Assembly: GCA_000004985.1 (NCBI GenBank)
Contig: GG738900.1
Origin: Naegleria gruberi
Taxonomy: Eukaryota
DNA length: 64,000 bases
Strand: one strand, 5' to 3'
The position numbers and the translations under genes are program-made. Under the pieces are notes generated by a model that saw only the letters and a list, made by a program, of their open reading frames with translations, was not told where the DNA came from and ran no database searches. This document shows, in pieces, positions 23,301 to 36,229 of the stretch; positions within the stretch are counted from its first letter, which is position 1, and every line of letters begins with the position of its first letter.

Positions 23301-26300
23301 GAATCAAACTGTGAAACACTCCACACCTCTCAATGAAAAATTCTCTCCAGCTAAATCAAACCCTTCAATTTCTAGGTCAGCAAGTGACAGGAAGAAAGGT
23401 GACGATAAACCACTCACCAAAATGAGTTTAGATGGACCTATGGATGTTGATTCTCCAGTGAGATCTTCTCCTAGCCAAGGAGCAAACAGTGGAATTTCTA
23501 AATCTGATTATATTGAGAAAAAGATAACCATTGAGAGATTGATTTCCAACGAGACAAGTTCAACCATTTTTCAACTCTTCTTAAAATTCATGGAAGACAA
23601 TGCCGAGTTTATTCAAAATATTGTTCGTCCAGGAGCATACATTGATCCAAAACATTTACCACCGATTTTGGAAAATATTGTCAGAACACTTTTGAATTTA
23701 TTGAGATCAAACCTAAGCGAATGCTTGACAATATCCGTATTGTTGTATTTGAGACATGTTTTATCTCAACATCCTTTCACTGCCATATTCTATAATCCAC
23801 AATCAGAATATGGTTTGCTATTCTCTGAAGAACTACTTCGTTTGAGTCACTCCAAGCTTGGTTCGATTAGAAAACACGCTGCTGCCTGTTTCTACTTGTG
23901 GATTCGTTTTTGCTTTGAAGAAAACAAAGGTATGACTGTTCCACAAATAATGGTAACTCTCTCCCTTTCAAGAAGATTGCAAAGTTATACCAAAATTACC
24001 CACAACTTTTTATCAGACAATACTATAGGTGATGAATCGTTTGATGATTCTGAAGGTATTAATGCTCTGGCTCACATTGAAGAATGTATTAAATTGTTGC
24101 CTTACTTTGCCATCAAGGATGAGGCAGCTCCAGGTTCAAAATTCTTCAAAATTAGAAACAAGTACGGAGCTCAAAAGGGTGATGTTACGGATAGAGAAGT
24201 CCAAGCCGAAGATAATAATGGAAAACAGAAAGGAGAAAGATTCCACACTGCTATGGTGTTCTTTAAAAAGATTGAAAACAAGGCAGATCAAAAGAAATTT
24301 GGACAGAAAGTTCTCGAAGTGTTAGACCAATTCCACGATTTATTGTCTGATCTTTCTAAAAAGTTACTCAGTCTTGTTCAAGATACCATGTCAATTAGGG
24401 CCACAATGATCAAGCGAAAGCAAAGTGAAACTAGCACTGTAACTTATGATCCATTCAAAACTGAAGAATTATTGTATAGAATATCTGACAATTATTCAAA
24501 ACTTCCTGAACTCAGACTTGCATGGCTGGAACAACTTGCCTCCTATCACAAAGGATTGGCCCAATATGAGGAGTCTGCACATTGCTATTTGAGAATTCTC
24601 TCTCTAGTATTCGATTATTTGGATCATCAAGCTACAAAGAAATTCACTCCCAACAGTATCAAAACGGAAACGTCTGTATTGGAAATTCTTCCACTCTCTC
24701 AATTCTACAGCATTTCTCCAATGTTGATAGAATTCAAGGTGAATCAAACAGGCATTCAAACTCAATCACTTTTAGGAGGAGGAAATTCCAAGTATGATTA
24801 CATGTCCGATCAGTCCATTGTGAATTACATACTCAAAACTATTGACTCTTTAGAGTTGGCTGAATGTTTCGAACACTGTATCATGTTATACAAGCTACTG
24901 ATTCCTATTTTCGAATCTAAATATGCTAACTTTACACAATTGCATATTATTTACGACAGATTGACACAACTCTATAAGAAATGCTCCTCCTTCCAATCAA
25001 CATCTAATAGCAAAGTTCCAACCTCTCCTAGTGATAATGAAACTACTAATGCCCTATCCCTCTCCAATATCTCTTCACTCTCAGCTTCAAAGACAACAGA
25101 AAACGAAACCGACAGTAGAGTATATAGCTTTTATTATCGTGTCAAATTTGTTGGAAGAGCATTTGGTGAATTGGATGGCAAAGTTTACATTTACAAAATG
25201 CCAAAACTATTCAAACTTTTTAAGATGAAGAACAAAATGTTGGAAATTTATGGAAAGGATGTAGAAGTTGTTTCTAAAGATGAAGCTGGAGTAGTTACCG
25301 CTGATGATGAGCTTTCAACTGGTTCTGAATCAAATAAGAAGGTCATTCAAATTAACCATGTCAAGCCATTCCTTCCAACTGTAGATCAAATGAAAATTTT
25401 AAGAAAGAAATTTGATGATCTCAATAGATTGAGTAATATTAGTACAAGTGTTAATAGTGCTCCTAGTACGAGAGGATCCGATAGAAATTACAAGACTATT
25501 CTCAAAAAGAGTCCAATGACCTCCAGTACTAGCAAATTACCAACAATGAGCAGTGATAGTCTCAGTCCTAGAAATCGTTCTAATTCAAACTCTCAACCTC
25601 CTCTTCCAACTCTCAGATCAAATATCAAATTCAAGAGTGACGAGAATTTGTCAGTTTACAATATGGAAGGAGTTGCTTCACCACTATCACCAAGAGATGG
25701 CATCCTATCGCCAAGTTCTCCTTCTAAAGTTTCCATTCCAAAACTTAATCTATCCAAGAATAAGAAGGAAAATTCAGGTAACCAAAGTGAATCCAACCAA
25801 AATGCCTTCCAAGATATGGAACGATTTTTATATGATAAGATTTTATCACTCAACTACTTTATTACCAGAGACTCTGAATTCCAAAGAAATATGAACCTCA
25901 ACCATTTCTTTTATGAATATTCTGTTGCTGCCAAAGGAGCAGACATTACTCAAACTTACAAGAAGAAGATTTTAATCACCACTGAAGAGTACTTCCCTAA
26001 TGTCATGACTCGTTTGGAAGTAGCTGAGGAAAAGGAATTTACACTCTCTCCAATTGAAAATTCAATTGAAATGATTGATACACAAGTTAAAAAATTAGAG
26101 ACTGCCATGAATTCAGTATTATCAACAGCTCTGGGTGACGTGGCGAATTATAGCGTTCTTGGAAATATGTTCAATCACTCTGTCCACACATCTAGTCACA
26201 GCAATAATACTGGAACACCTGGCTACAACAAACGTCACTCCATCAAAGGTGGTTCCAATTTGGTGATCAATTTGAACATGACCAATTCTCTAGGTACTGT

Positions 26301-27084
26301 TCCATACTTTAACGATCTGAACATTAATCCTCACACTGTCTCCACTCTACAAATGATCTTGCAAGGAAGCGTTCAAGCAAGGGTTGGTGAAGGACCTAAA
26401 AAAGTTGTGGAAATCTTTTTAAATAGAGAATTCAGAGAAAGATGGAAAGTTCAACAAGGAAACTCTGACCTTATCACCAAGCTTAATGAGAGATGTTTCA
26501 GATTTTTGTTATTGTGTGATAGAGGAGTCAAGTTGCATTCTCTCATAATCCACTCTCAAACACCAACAGCTACCAACAATAAGGATAGAATTTTACATGC
26601 AGAATTGGAGAAGGGTTTCCATGAAGTCAAGTCATTATTCGAAGCCTACCTAGAAATTCCAACTGTGAGAACCTTTGTACCAGTTGTTAATGGATCTATT
26701 GTACCAGAGAGAGTAACCAACATGAAGAAGGGACAAGAAACTGTAGAAACATTTATTACTGTCACTGTTCAAGATGTTTTGAATTATCCAGATTTATTCT
26801 ACAAGCACAATAATATTTCTTACAATACTCTGCAAAATCTTAAACTTGGCAAACAACAATTAACCGACCCATTCAAACAAATTTCAACACCATCAGAATC
26901 GCCAAGAAATGCAGACCTCCTCAATGCAATCAGAAACAACAATAGACTTTCAATTCCATCAACTAAAATGAAGGAATATTTGGAACAATTAAGTATTCCC
27001 TCAGGAAGATCTCTCAACTTGGATTCTGATAACCATCTAGTTCACGACTTACTCCTTCGTCAGTCCTCAGCTGATCTTCAATAA
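17387..27084 (+). CDS. DOCK-family (dedicator of cytokinesis) Rac/Cdc42 GEF of about 3200 aa. Structure is join(17387..18443,18503..27084).
   Basis: Exon 1 is a low-complexity Asn/Ser-rich N-terminus. GTATGT donor at 18444, TAATAG acceptor at 18502, phase 1. DHR-2 signature SKLPELRLAWLEQLASYHKGLAQYEESAHCYLRILSLVFDYL at about nt 24470-24620. Size and architecture match DOCK/Zizimin proteins. Confidence 0.8.
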
Positions 27085-27326
27085 TAAAAACCATGTATGT
27101 CCATATATTAGTATTATTAGTGATAAACCCAATTCACACACACTAATGGCTCAAAGTTTCACTTTAGGTACCCACCAGCGTTACAAAAGGGAAACGTACT
27201 CCTCAAATTAGGTCATCAGAGAATCCATATCGATTGTTATCGTCATTAAAGAGAATATTTTTCCACACAACAGCCAACTACTCAATAGAATATCCATCAT
27301 CAAAACACACATCTCTCTTTAAAAAA

Positions 27327-29181
27327 ATGCACCGTACACAGATCGAGCAACAATACGGCATTAGCTTTCATGTTCCTGAGCGGTATCAGGATTTGAATGT
27401 TATTGGTAAAGGTAAGAAGAAGAAGATTGGTAGATTGTATTTATGCTAATAATATCCGATCATATGATGATTTTTAAAATTTTGTATTTTTGAATAATCA
27501 ACTGATTTTATGTAATCTATTGTACATTGTTGAAACTATTTGATAATGGATATATTTCTTCATCATGATTAATCAAATTAACATTTCATTAATAACAACA
27601 ACAACAAAATCTATTACGATCATCATCAAATTTTATATTCTCTCCACTTCTTGTATTACTAATACAATAATAATTTTAGGATCATATGGTATTGTTTGTG
27701 CTGCAAAGGATACATTAACCAATTCCAAAGTAGCCATCAAGAAAGTCATCCGATGTTTTGATCATCATGTTTTTGCTGTTAGATTATTAAGAGAAGTTAA
27801 AATTCTTGGCTTTTTAAATCATCCAAACGTTATTGATTTAAAGCATGTACAATTACCATTCCCCGATAGAGATAATTTTACAGAATTATACATGTATACA
27901 GATTTGATGGATACGGACTTGAAAACTATTATACAATCATCTCAAGAATTGACTAATGACCATATCCAATTCTTCATGTATCAAATACTTAAAGCTGTAC
28001 ATTATATACATAGTGGAAATGTTATTCACAGAGATTTGGTAAGTGTTTTTCTTATTATTTGAATATTAAATGTTTATGAATAATAATATATCTTTAATAA
28101 CATCATCATAACAATATCATTTGATTAATAACAACAACAACAACAACAGAAACCTAGTAATATACTTATTAATAGTGATTGTAATATTAAAATTTGTGAT
28201 TTAGGATTGGCTAGAGGATACAATGATGGAACAAATGCTAACGAGTCAGTACTTAAAGGATTATTAAAAGGACAAAAACAAATGAAGCCAAAACTTACTG
28301 AATACGTAGTGACACGTTGGTATAGAGCTCCAGAGTTACTTCTTCAATCGAATGCCTATGGTAAACAAGTGGACGTGTGGAGTGTTGGATGTATATTTGC
28401 AGAATTGTTAGGAAGAGAACCACTGTTTAGAGGAAGTTCACATTATGATCAACTTGTTAAAATTTTTGATGTTATTGGAACTCCAAAGGATAAGACAGAC
28501 TTTGAAGGAATTGAATTGACAGATTCTAGTTACAATATCCTTCAACAGATTAAAGTGAAACCTAAACGAGATTTTACCAGCATTTTCCCTAATGCTACAA
28601 ATGATGCTGTTGATTTACTAGAAAAATTACTTTGTTTTTCACCAAAGCAAAGAATTAGTGCTTCTGAAGCTCTAGAACATCCATATTTTGAAGATATCCA
28701 TACATTTAATGATTATGATTTTGCTTCATCATCATTTGACTATAGTTTTGAAGCTGATGCAACTAGTATTCCAGCAATAAGGCACATGCTCTATGACGAA
28801 ATTGCTAGAAAGTATGACCACTCAAATGATAGAGAAGATGTCATGACTAGATATGAATTACAGACCTCTATGAAACCTCCAGTTTCAACTGCTGTACAGC
28901 AAAATAATGTACAACAAACCACAAACAATTATCAACCTCAATCTCAACATTACAATCATCAACAACAACAATATGATGAGGATGACGAGAGTGATGAAGG
29001 GGACGATGAGGAAGTAGAAGATATGGACTTTGTGGGCGATAAAAAGTCAGAACAACAACATCAACAACAATACCACCATCAAATGCATCACAGAAATCTC
29101 AGTAATGCCGGTGATGATAGCATCCTCACCACCGATGAAGCATCAGATTATATGGAAGAATCAGATTCTGATTTTCTTTAA
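27327..29181 (+). CDS. ERK-type MAP kinase with TEY activation loop. Structure is join(27327..27411,27680..28038,28150..29181). Closest resemblance is to Dictyostelium ErkA.
   Basis: PERYQDLNVIGKG/SYGIVCAAKD (glycine loop across intron 1), VAIKK, HRDL/KPSNILI (across intron 2), DLGLARG, LTEYVVTRWYRAPE, Gln/acidic C-terminal tail. Donors GTAAGA and GTAAGT. The track start 27234 is TTG; the true ATG is at 27327. Confidence 0.85.
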
Positions 29182-29316
29182 TTAAATATTTCGAGTTTCT
29201 GAAATAATTTTGGAATTTAATCTAGTTCAGTTTTCTGTGGATCTATCTTTTTTGAAGCTGTGGCTCTCCTTCATTTGTAGTTCTAATATTGATTTCTGGC
29301 AAATAGGTCAAACAAA

Positions 29317-31433
29317 TCAATCAAAAACCAAACACCGTTTCAAATCAAATTTAGAACATGGCTTGGTTAAAATACCATCTATTATTCCAATTTCATCCAG
29401 TTCAGTAAGGGAGATTGTAACGTTTCCTGTTAAGAGGTATATTTGGAATGCCTGTCCATATTTTTGTCTCAATTCTTTAGCTGCTTCTAATCCATTCAAT
29501 TCTGGCATATTCTTTAAATAAGATTAGTTTACGAGTATTAGAATTTAAAAACTTACCATATCAGTAATTACAACTTTGTGAATATCTGGATTAAATTTCT
29601 CTACCAATTCCTTTCCATCGCAAACATAATCTGTTTCATACCCCAAACTGTTAATCATTTTGATGAGAACCTTTCGATTGATTGGATTATCCTCAGCAAT
29701 AATGATTTTTGCCTTCATTGTTGTTTGTTGCGGCTCTTCCTCCTTTTTCTCTGCTCGTTCATAATTGGACATCATGGAAAGATAATCCTTGTGAACATTC
29801 AAGTGCAGTTTCTCTTATCTTCTCCCTCAACTTTCTCTGACTGGGCAGGTACTTCATCATGAACCAATTTAAATGGTAAATCAACAGTGAATGTACTGCC
29901 TTTTCCAAGTTGTGATTCAACATTGATTGTACCTTCGAGTGACTTGATTAAATGAGAGACGGTTGTCAAACCAAGTCCTGTGCTGGGAACTTTGGATTGT
30001 GAATTATTTTGCAATTGGACAAATGGTTCAAAAATGGAAGGAATCAAATGTTGTGGAATTCCACAACCAAAATCTTGACAAACAAATCTAATATTTGCTT
30101 TTTCACCAGTCTCCTCCAACACTTCACATTTCAGTCTAACTTCACCATCTTGTTTTGATGCCTTTACTGCGTTGGTCATTAAATTGGACAATATTTGATG
30201 AAGCTTGGAAGAATCAGATCTTACAATCATTTGCTTAATTCTCTCATCAATATTGAAATTCAAATTAACCTTAAAATTAGATGCGTATCCTTGAATGATT
30301 CCTTTCATTGATTTTAGAGATTCGAACAAGTTAAAGGTTTTCAAATTTGAATCCTCCTTCTTTTGTTCCTTATTATTGTGCTCCAACTTTACAATTTGAA
30401 GAATATCTTCAATTAACAAGAGGAGAATCCCATTTGATGATACAATGGTATCAACCAAATCATTTTGCTTATCATTCAGTTCAGTCTCCTTCAATAATTC
30501 TAAACAACCTAAACTAGACATGATTGGACATCTAAACTCGTGTGAAACATGGGCCATGAATCTGGATCTGGCTTCGATTGCTGTCTCTAGCTGTTTCCTG
30601 GTTTCTTGTAATTTGTCCACTTTGTGTTTTAAAAAACCAGTCACATTGATCCAATAATAAGAAAACATCCAAATGCAAGCCAAAAGCACACAATGCTCTA
30701 TGAGAATATCCAATAGTTTTACGTTGTATCCATTTGCCATATATTCAAAATATCCAAGATAACCAATCGTTCCAATATAAAGACATGACATGTAATAGGT
30801 TGGCAACAGTCCCATAAATGTGGAATAATGATATAGCTTATTAGAGCCTGCAAACCACATAAATGTTACGGGAAGGAACAATATTTTGTGATGTGGAATA
30901 AGCAAATACCTAGTTGTGTAAAGTAGTATTGAAACCAATGCCCTTTTTCTTTCATTACCATCAAGCTTACGAAAGGCATCTCCATAGGACATGGCCAAAT
31001 CAATATTTCGTCTATTATTTATCATTTGAGCCAAGAAGAGAACAATATTAAGAACATTCTCCCCCCACGACATGGTCTCAAAACAGTACAATGTACCAAG
31101 CAAGTACAATCCCCCAATAACCATCATGACATTCATTCGATTAGCCACCAAGTACAACATTCCCCTCTCTAAATCATTATTGCAGTAAATGTCCAGTTTT
31201 GCCTCCATAGCCAAAACCTCATTGAGTGAGGAGCTCTTCTTCAAACGGAAAGACAATGAGGGTGAAGAAGATGTCTTGATAAATGATCGAGGTGGTGGAG
31301 GTAGGTTCCGTTGTTTCGGTGGTGATTCCTGTTGTTGATTTGGTGTATCGTTTTCTTCTTCTCCCGATGAGAGGCAAAGAGAGGACAGTCTCTTCTTTCC
31401 TTCATGTTGTTGTTGTTGAGGTTGGAAAGTCAT
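29317..31433 (-). CDS. Transmembrane hybrid histidine kinase with a C-terminal receiver domain. Structure is approximately join(29317..29511,29557..29787,29853..31433).
   Basis: About six N-terminal transmembrane helices. H-box AHVSHEFRCPIMS, N-box LMTNAVKAS, G1 DFGCGIP, G2 GLGLTTV. Receiver domain IIIAEDNPINRKV...VVITDM/NMPELNGLEAAKELR...LTG...TKP is split by a 45-nt GTAAGT intron and joined to the kinase by a ~65-nt GTACCT intron. Confidence 0.8.
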
Positions 31434-32059
31434 CTTTGTAAGGTGTTTTTTTTTGATGTGTTGTGATGCGGAACTTTCCTCTCAACAGACAATTCAACGT
31501 CCTTTTTGAGAATTGAATATTGACTTTTCGAGCATTAAGGAAAATTATGAAGTTGTAAGGGACCAAAATTCTAAGATCTCTCAACCTCAAGGATCGATAA
31601 GAATACAAGTATGGACAATTTATGTTTTAATAGAAGTTTATTCGGCAGAATTTTTTTGAGATAGGCTTACATAAATATCGTTGGGTCTTCTTAATCGAGT
31701 GCTGTTCCTCTTTTTGATCATCAGTGTTCATTGCAATAGAATTAAAAGATTTTTTCAATGAATAACTCTGAGGAGGAGAAGGAGGAGCTTAATAATTAAT
31801 GATGTGAAATTAAGGTTTGCAGGTTGCACCATGAGTTCACCTACAAGTGTAAGAAACTACAAAATGTTCCAACCACAACAATCTAACAATCTGTTATTAG
31901 AAACTCACAGTAAATTTGAAATTGTCAGTTATGGATATTTTAGTCACAATATTTCAAAACAAGCCATCTTAATCTTAGGATTTTATTAGATTACGATATT
32001 TCAGAAACGTCACGTCAAATGTCTTATCACGTTTTCTCATTGATCAACACAAGAAAAAA

Positions 32060-32915
32060 GTGACCATGCACACATTCGTTTCCTTCTTGGTTTTGTTTCT
32101 GTTGCTTGTTATTCATCAACATGTGCAAGCCAGTTATTTAGATCTAGTTGTTTCGTCTCCTTTACTTTCGAATATTAAATCAAATGACGAAATTGTTGGT
32201 GTGAAAACATTTCTCACACTCTTTGCCATCAAGAATGAAAAGAGCAAACTGGCGAATTATCTGACAGAACTTTCTAATAATTCTTCTTTCACATCTAATT
32301 TTGCTCATGATTCGAATAGAAAATTATTAATGGAATGGCTCAAGACAAATTACATTTCAATTGGTGTAATGTCAAACCAAGTAAATTATTTAACTTCCAC
32401 ATTTTCACAATTCAACGTTTCCATCTATGAAGGTACAACAGTTTCGAATAATTCTCCACTGACATCTAATCATATATTTTAAAATATTTCCATCTTTCGA
32501 TTCATGTCAGAAGCGAAATTACTTGGAGAAATACGATGCTGTCTTGTTAGATCCGTATGCATTTGCGTTCTTTGTGAGGTTTTACAGAGATTCGTCTAGT
32601 TTAGGTTCTTCAATGATGCAAAGTAAGAATTTTGAACCAATTCCATTGATTCCATACGAAGTGTACACTAGGAGAATGATGGAAGCAAATCCATCAGAAC
32701 CAATGCAGGAATTGTTTGGTTATCAAAAATTATTGACATGTGAAAATCAACCAGATGTGTCAGATGCTCAATATTTTAGATTGCTGACAGGATACTCTAA
32801 TTATTCATCCCTATATGTTGCAATTATTGAAAGAATTACTGGAAAATCATCATTATTAGCTAATTACACACTCATCAATTCGAATATTCCAGCAATACTT
32901 TCGTACTTTGGATAA
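32060..32915 (+). CDS. Secreted N-terminal region, probably the extracellular part of the downstream 7TM-RGS gene. It is two ORFs with a small intron at about 32440-32505. An in-frame TAA at 32916-32918 separates it from the downstream ORF.
   Basis: Signal peptide MTMHTFVSFLVLFLLLVIHQHVQA. The ORF 32523..32915 is in the same frame as 32979..33593, with only one stop and 60 nt between them. Confidence 0.4.
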
Positions 32916-32978
32916 TCCGAAACTAATGGATTTTCTTCATCTTCTCTGGAAACTGTTTTACTCTCATCATCATGCTAC

Positions 32979-34233
32979 ATGTGCAAAACTTCCACATGCG
33001 CAGGAGAAAACTTTGATCCAACCTTAGATTTTTGGATAATCCCTCAATTCGTCATTATTTTCGGCTACTTTATACTATTGTTCTCTTTTGGATTATTCAA
33101 AAAACCATCCATGAGAAGAAGAATTGCCCTTCCCTACTGCCCAATTCTCATTCTAACCATCATGGTCATGTTCACATCTCTCTCAAGAATTTGTGTTTGC
33201 ATATTTTACAATATTTCAACTTTTGTAATGATTTGGTGGGTCTTTATTTATTCAGCCACAGTGATTAGATTCTATTTCTTGAGAAATTTATATTCCCTGA
33301 TTACTAGATTCCCTACTCGTGAGAAATTGATGAAAATTCTGGCATCTGAAAAGAGTGGTTTCGTTCTGACAGTTGTCTTGACATTTTTATTGGCATTGAC
33401 ATTCAATTCGGCTGGAATTTACTTCTTTTTTTTAGAGAATAAGTCCACTATTGATATTTACAGAGCTGCATGGATTGTTGGTTTTATTATTTTGGGTGGA
33501 TTGTTAGGTTTTCGTTGCAGTTTTGTGGGATATGATAATCCATGGAAAAACTATTCGAAAGTTTGGACTGAAACGATTCTTCTTTTTCGATGATCCATTG
33601 TATGTTAGAGTAGACATGTTACTTTTACTCTTTCCCATTGTTATTTGCATTCTAGTTGCTGTTGGAACTGCCTCGCTCGACGTTCAACAAAAAGAATATC
33701 AAAATGTTGGTGGAATTTTCAACACAATTTTGTGTTTCGTATTTTTGACAATGAATGGAGGAGGTGTAGTGCTGATTGAAATATACAAAAGAATTAGGTA
33801 TGCAAAATCTCAAAAGACCAATTCAGCAGATGATTTGGAAAATATTTTGAAAAACGAAGATTTGTTCAATTTATTTAGAGAATATTCTGAAAAGGAGTTT
33901 AGTTTGGAGAATATTGAATTCTATTCAGTCATGTTGAAATTGAAAGTGCAGAAAGTGGTGAGTGAGAAAGAGTTGGATGAAATTGATGATACTTTCATTA
34001 AGAATTATTCGAAATATGAAGTGAACTTACCTTCAAGTTGTAAACGAGAATTTTACAAACTCAAAGAACAAGCACAAGAGAAAACACACCAAGTTGAATA
34101 CTCTGCCTTGTGGCAAGTTTTTGGAAATGATTTGGTGTTGAACATGATGGATACCTTCAGAAGATTGCAAGAAACTTCAAACTATAGTCAATGGGAATCC
34201 GTTTCTAAATATCAGAAACACATTCATCCTTAA
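32979..34233 (+). CDS. Seven-transmembrane protein with a C-terminal RGS (regulator of G-protein signalling) domain. This is the same architecture as plant AtRGS1. A frame switch at 33525-33590 is either a 37-nt intron or a 1-nt error in a T5 run.
   Basis: Seven hydrophobic helices, the first being WIIPQFVIIFGYFILLFSFGLF and the last IFNTILCFVFLTMNGGGVVLIEIY. RGS signature LFNLFREYSEKEFSLENIEFYSVMLKLK. Confidence 0.6.
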
Positions 34234-34308
34234 ATTAACTTGTATAAATTAATATTTAATTGTAATATTCGTTTGACTCATATATATATGTACAAAATTT
34301 CATATCCA

Positions 34309-34647
34309 CTAAGCTAAATAACTTGCTTCTGCTTCGTTTTCACACGGAGTACTTTCATTTGCAGATTCTTTACAGTCACAAGCAACTTGACAACCATTTT
34401 CATCTACCTTGTATCCGTGTGGACATGCTACAAGACAATTGTATACTCTACATGGTGCTGGATTGCAATCACAAGCTATTTGGCAACCGAATCGATCAAC
34501 CTTGTATCCATATCTACAAGGAATGAGGCAGTAAATATTTCTACACGAGCTTGTTCTATGATTTGGTGGTTTGATTGGAAAGGCAGATATCTGATGAAAC
34601 CAAACAGAAAGAATGCACAGTATGAGGAGGGTTTGAAAGATTTTCAT
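34309..34647 (-). CDS. Small secreted Cys-rich protein (112 aa) with two antistasin-like domains; a putative protease inhibitor.
   Basis: Signal peptide MKIFQTLLILCILSVWFHQISA. Two repeats of C-x3-C-x2-GYKVD-x2-GCQ[IV]ACDC, which matches the antistasin/hirustasin cysteine pattern. ATG at 34645-34647. Confidence 0.55.
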   Translation of the reverse strand: MKIFQTLLILCILSVWFHQISAFPIKPPNHRTSSCRNIYCLIPCRYGYKVDRFGCQIACDCNPAPCRVYNCLVACPHGYKVDENGCQVACDCKESANESTPCENEAEASYLA

Positions 34648-34760
34648 TTTGTTTAGTGCTGTGGAGAAACAGTTGAGTATTATTTGTTACAACAAGTGTA
34701 TTTCCTAGTTTGGTGCCTTTCTTGGAGTGTCAACAGTACATATTTAGAAATGGGATAGAA

Positions 34761-35735
34761 TTAGTGTTGGGGAGAAGAAATAACGTCAGAAAATCCTCGT
34801 TGTTCCTTCATTTGCCTCATATGTTTAAAGAATTTGAGATTAGATTTCTTCATTATTATACATCTTTCCAAATCAAAGTTCTTAATCATTTGGTGCAGGT
34901 TGGTGAACTGCAATCTTTCAGCTGCCTGTTCAGAATTCAACATAATTCTCTGTCTGACAATTCCACTATATTCTGAAACCATTATTACATCATCACTGAA
35001 TAGACAATCAATCTTTTTACAAGCTCCACATTCCAATAGAATCCTTGCAATTTGACATTTTCCTTTCAAACAAGCAATGAATAATGGTGTTCGATTCTGT
35101 TAGAATTCAAGAGTTAAAAAGAATTAATAATATGAATGACAACTTACTCCTGGTGAACCAAATCCATCAACATTGCATCTCAATCTATACAATAACCAAT
35201 AAACTAAATCAACTTGTCCCTTTGCAACAGCAACATGTAAAGCAGAAACATTTCCATTTGGTGTATTCGTATTGATAAACTCTTTAATCTTGAGTGTCAT
35301 CCAATCTCTCATTGTCTGATAACAACTATTACTCTGAACTTCTAGCAAACATTTGTAATTATTGACAAGTAAATGTGGAAGTGGATGAAAATCACCATAC
35401 TGATTCTCTATCATGGTTTGTAAATGCTCTTGAATCCATTTAGAAACAGTCTGATAAGAAGCACATTGATCATTCTTTGGAAATTCAATCCAGTACAATC
35501 TATTGAGGTATTGCTCCAATAATTGAGTTAAACTTTTGAAAAGATTTGAATCGAATCTAATCATGGAAACTTCATCCATTGAATGTTGTTGTTGTTCTGC
35601 TTGCTGTTCCTTACTCTCAATTGCTTCTTCTTCCTCTTTCAAATCTTGAATAATGGAAATGAAATGTTTGTTGTATTCCCTCAGCAAACTTGATCGAGTT
35701 GTGATGGTATTTGGATGAATGAGTTGTAGGGCCAT
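34761..35735 (-). CDS. Ankyrin-repeat protein. Structure is join(34761..35096,35148..35735).
   Basis: ANK repeats GNVSALHVAVAKGQVDLVYWLL and NRTPLFIACLKGKCQIARILLECGA are joined by a 51-nt GTAAGT..AACAG intron (phase 0). ATG at 35733-35735. Confidence 0.65.
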
Positions 35736-36229
35736 TTCGTGTATTTGTTCTTCTTTTTCTTTTTTGAAAATTTATGTAACATCATCTTCCAATGAGAGAT
35801 TTTAAATTCAACCACCGAATATTCGTGATGATTTGTAATTAAATTAGAAAAAAAGGAAATTGGATATTGGAGAGTTATCTATTGAACATGTTTGCGTAGA
35901 GTGATTGATGATGGAGATTGGTTGTGTACGTATTAATTGTTGTTCTTTTGATGCTCGTGTGGTTTTTTCGCATTCCTTGGCTTTGGTTCATCCGAAGGAA
36001 ATGATGAAGGAATTTGCTTCCATTTTGTTGTTGTTTTATTTTTTTTTATGGTTGAAGTTAAATTGTTTAACGGTTTGTGGTGGCGGGAAAATTTTTGATG
36101 TTGCTTGATGTAGATTCGAACAATATTTCCAATAGGACACAAAAAGCAACCTTAGTGTTTCCTTTCCTAGACTTTCTAGATTGAATGTCGAATCACAAAG
36201 AAAAGTTAAACAGCAAGTAAATCAAAAAA

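Noticed and set aside
27234-27326. ORF-track start of the MAPK at 27234 (MLSSLKRIF...)
   Set aside because: Position 27234 is TTG and the track uses alternative starts. The first real ATG is at 27327 and gives the canonical MAPK N-terminus (MHRTQIEQQYGISFHVPERYQ). Similar TTG/GTG track starts were moved for the genes at 1131, 2556, 12934, 15334, 42769 and 48097.
29210-29521. Plus-strand ORF of 103 aa between the MAPK and the histidine kinase
   Set aside because: It overlaps, in antisense, the well-supported receiver-domain exon of the histidine kinase and has no motifs.
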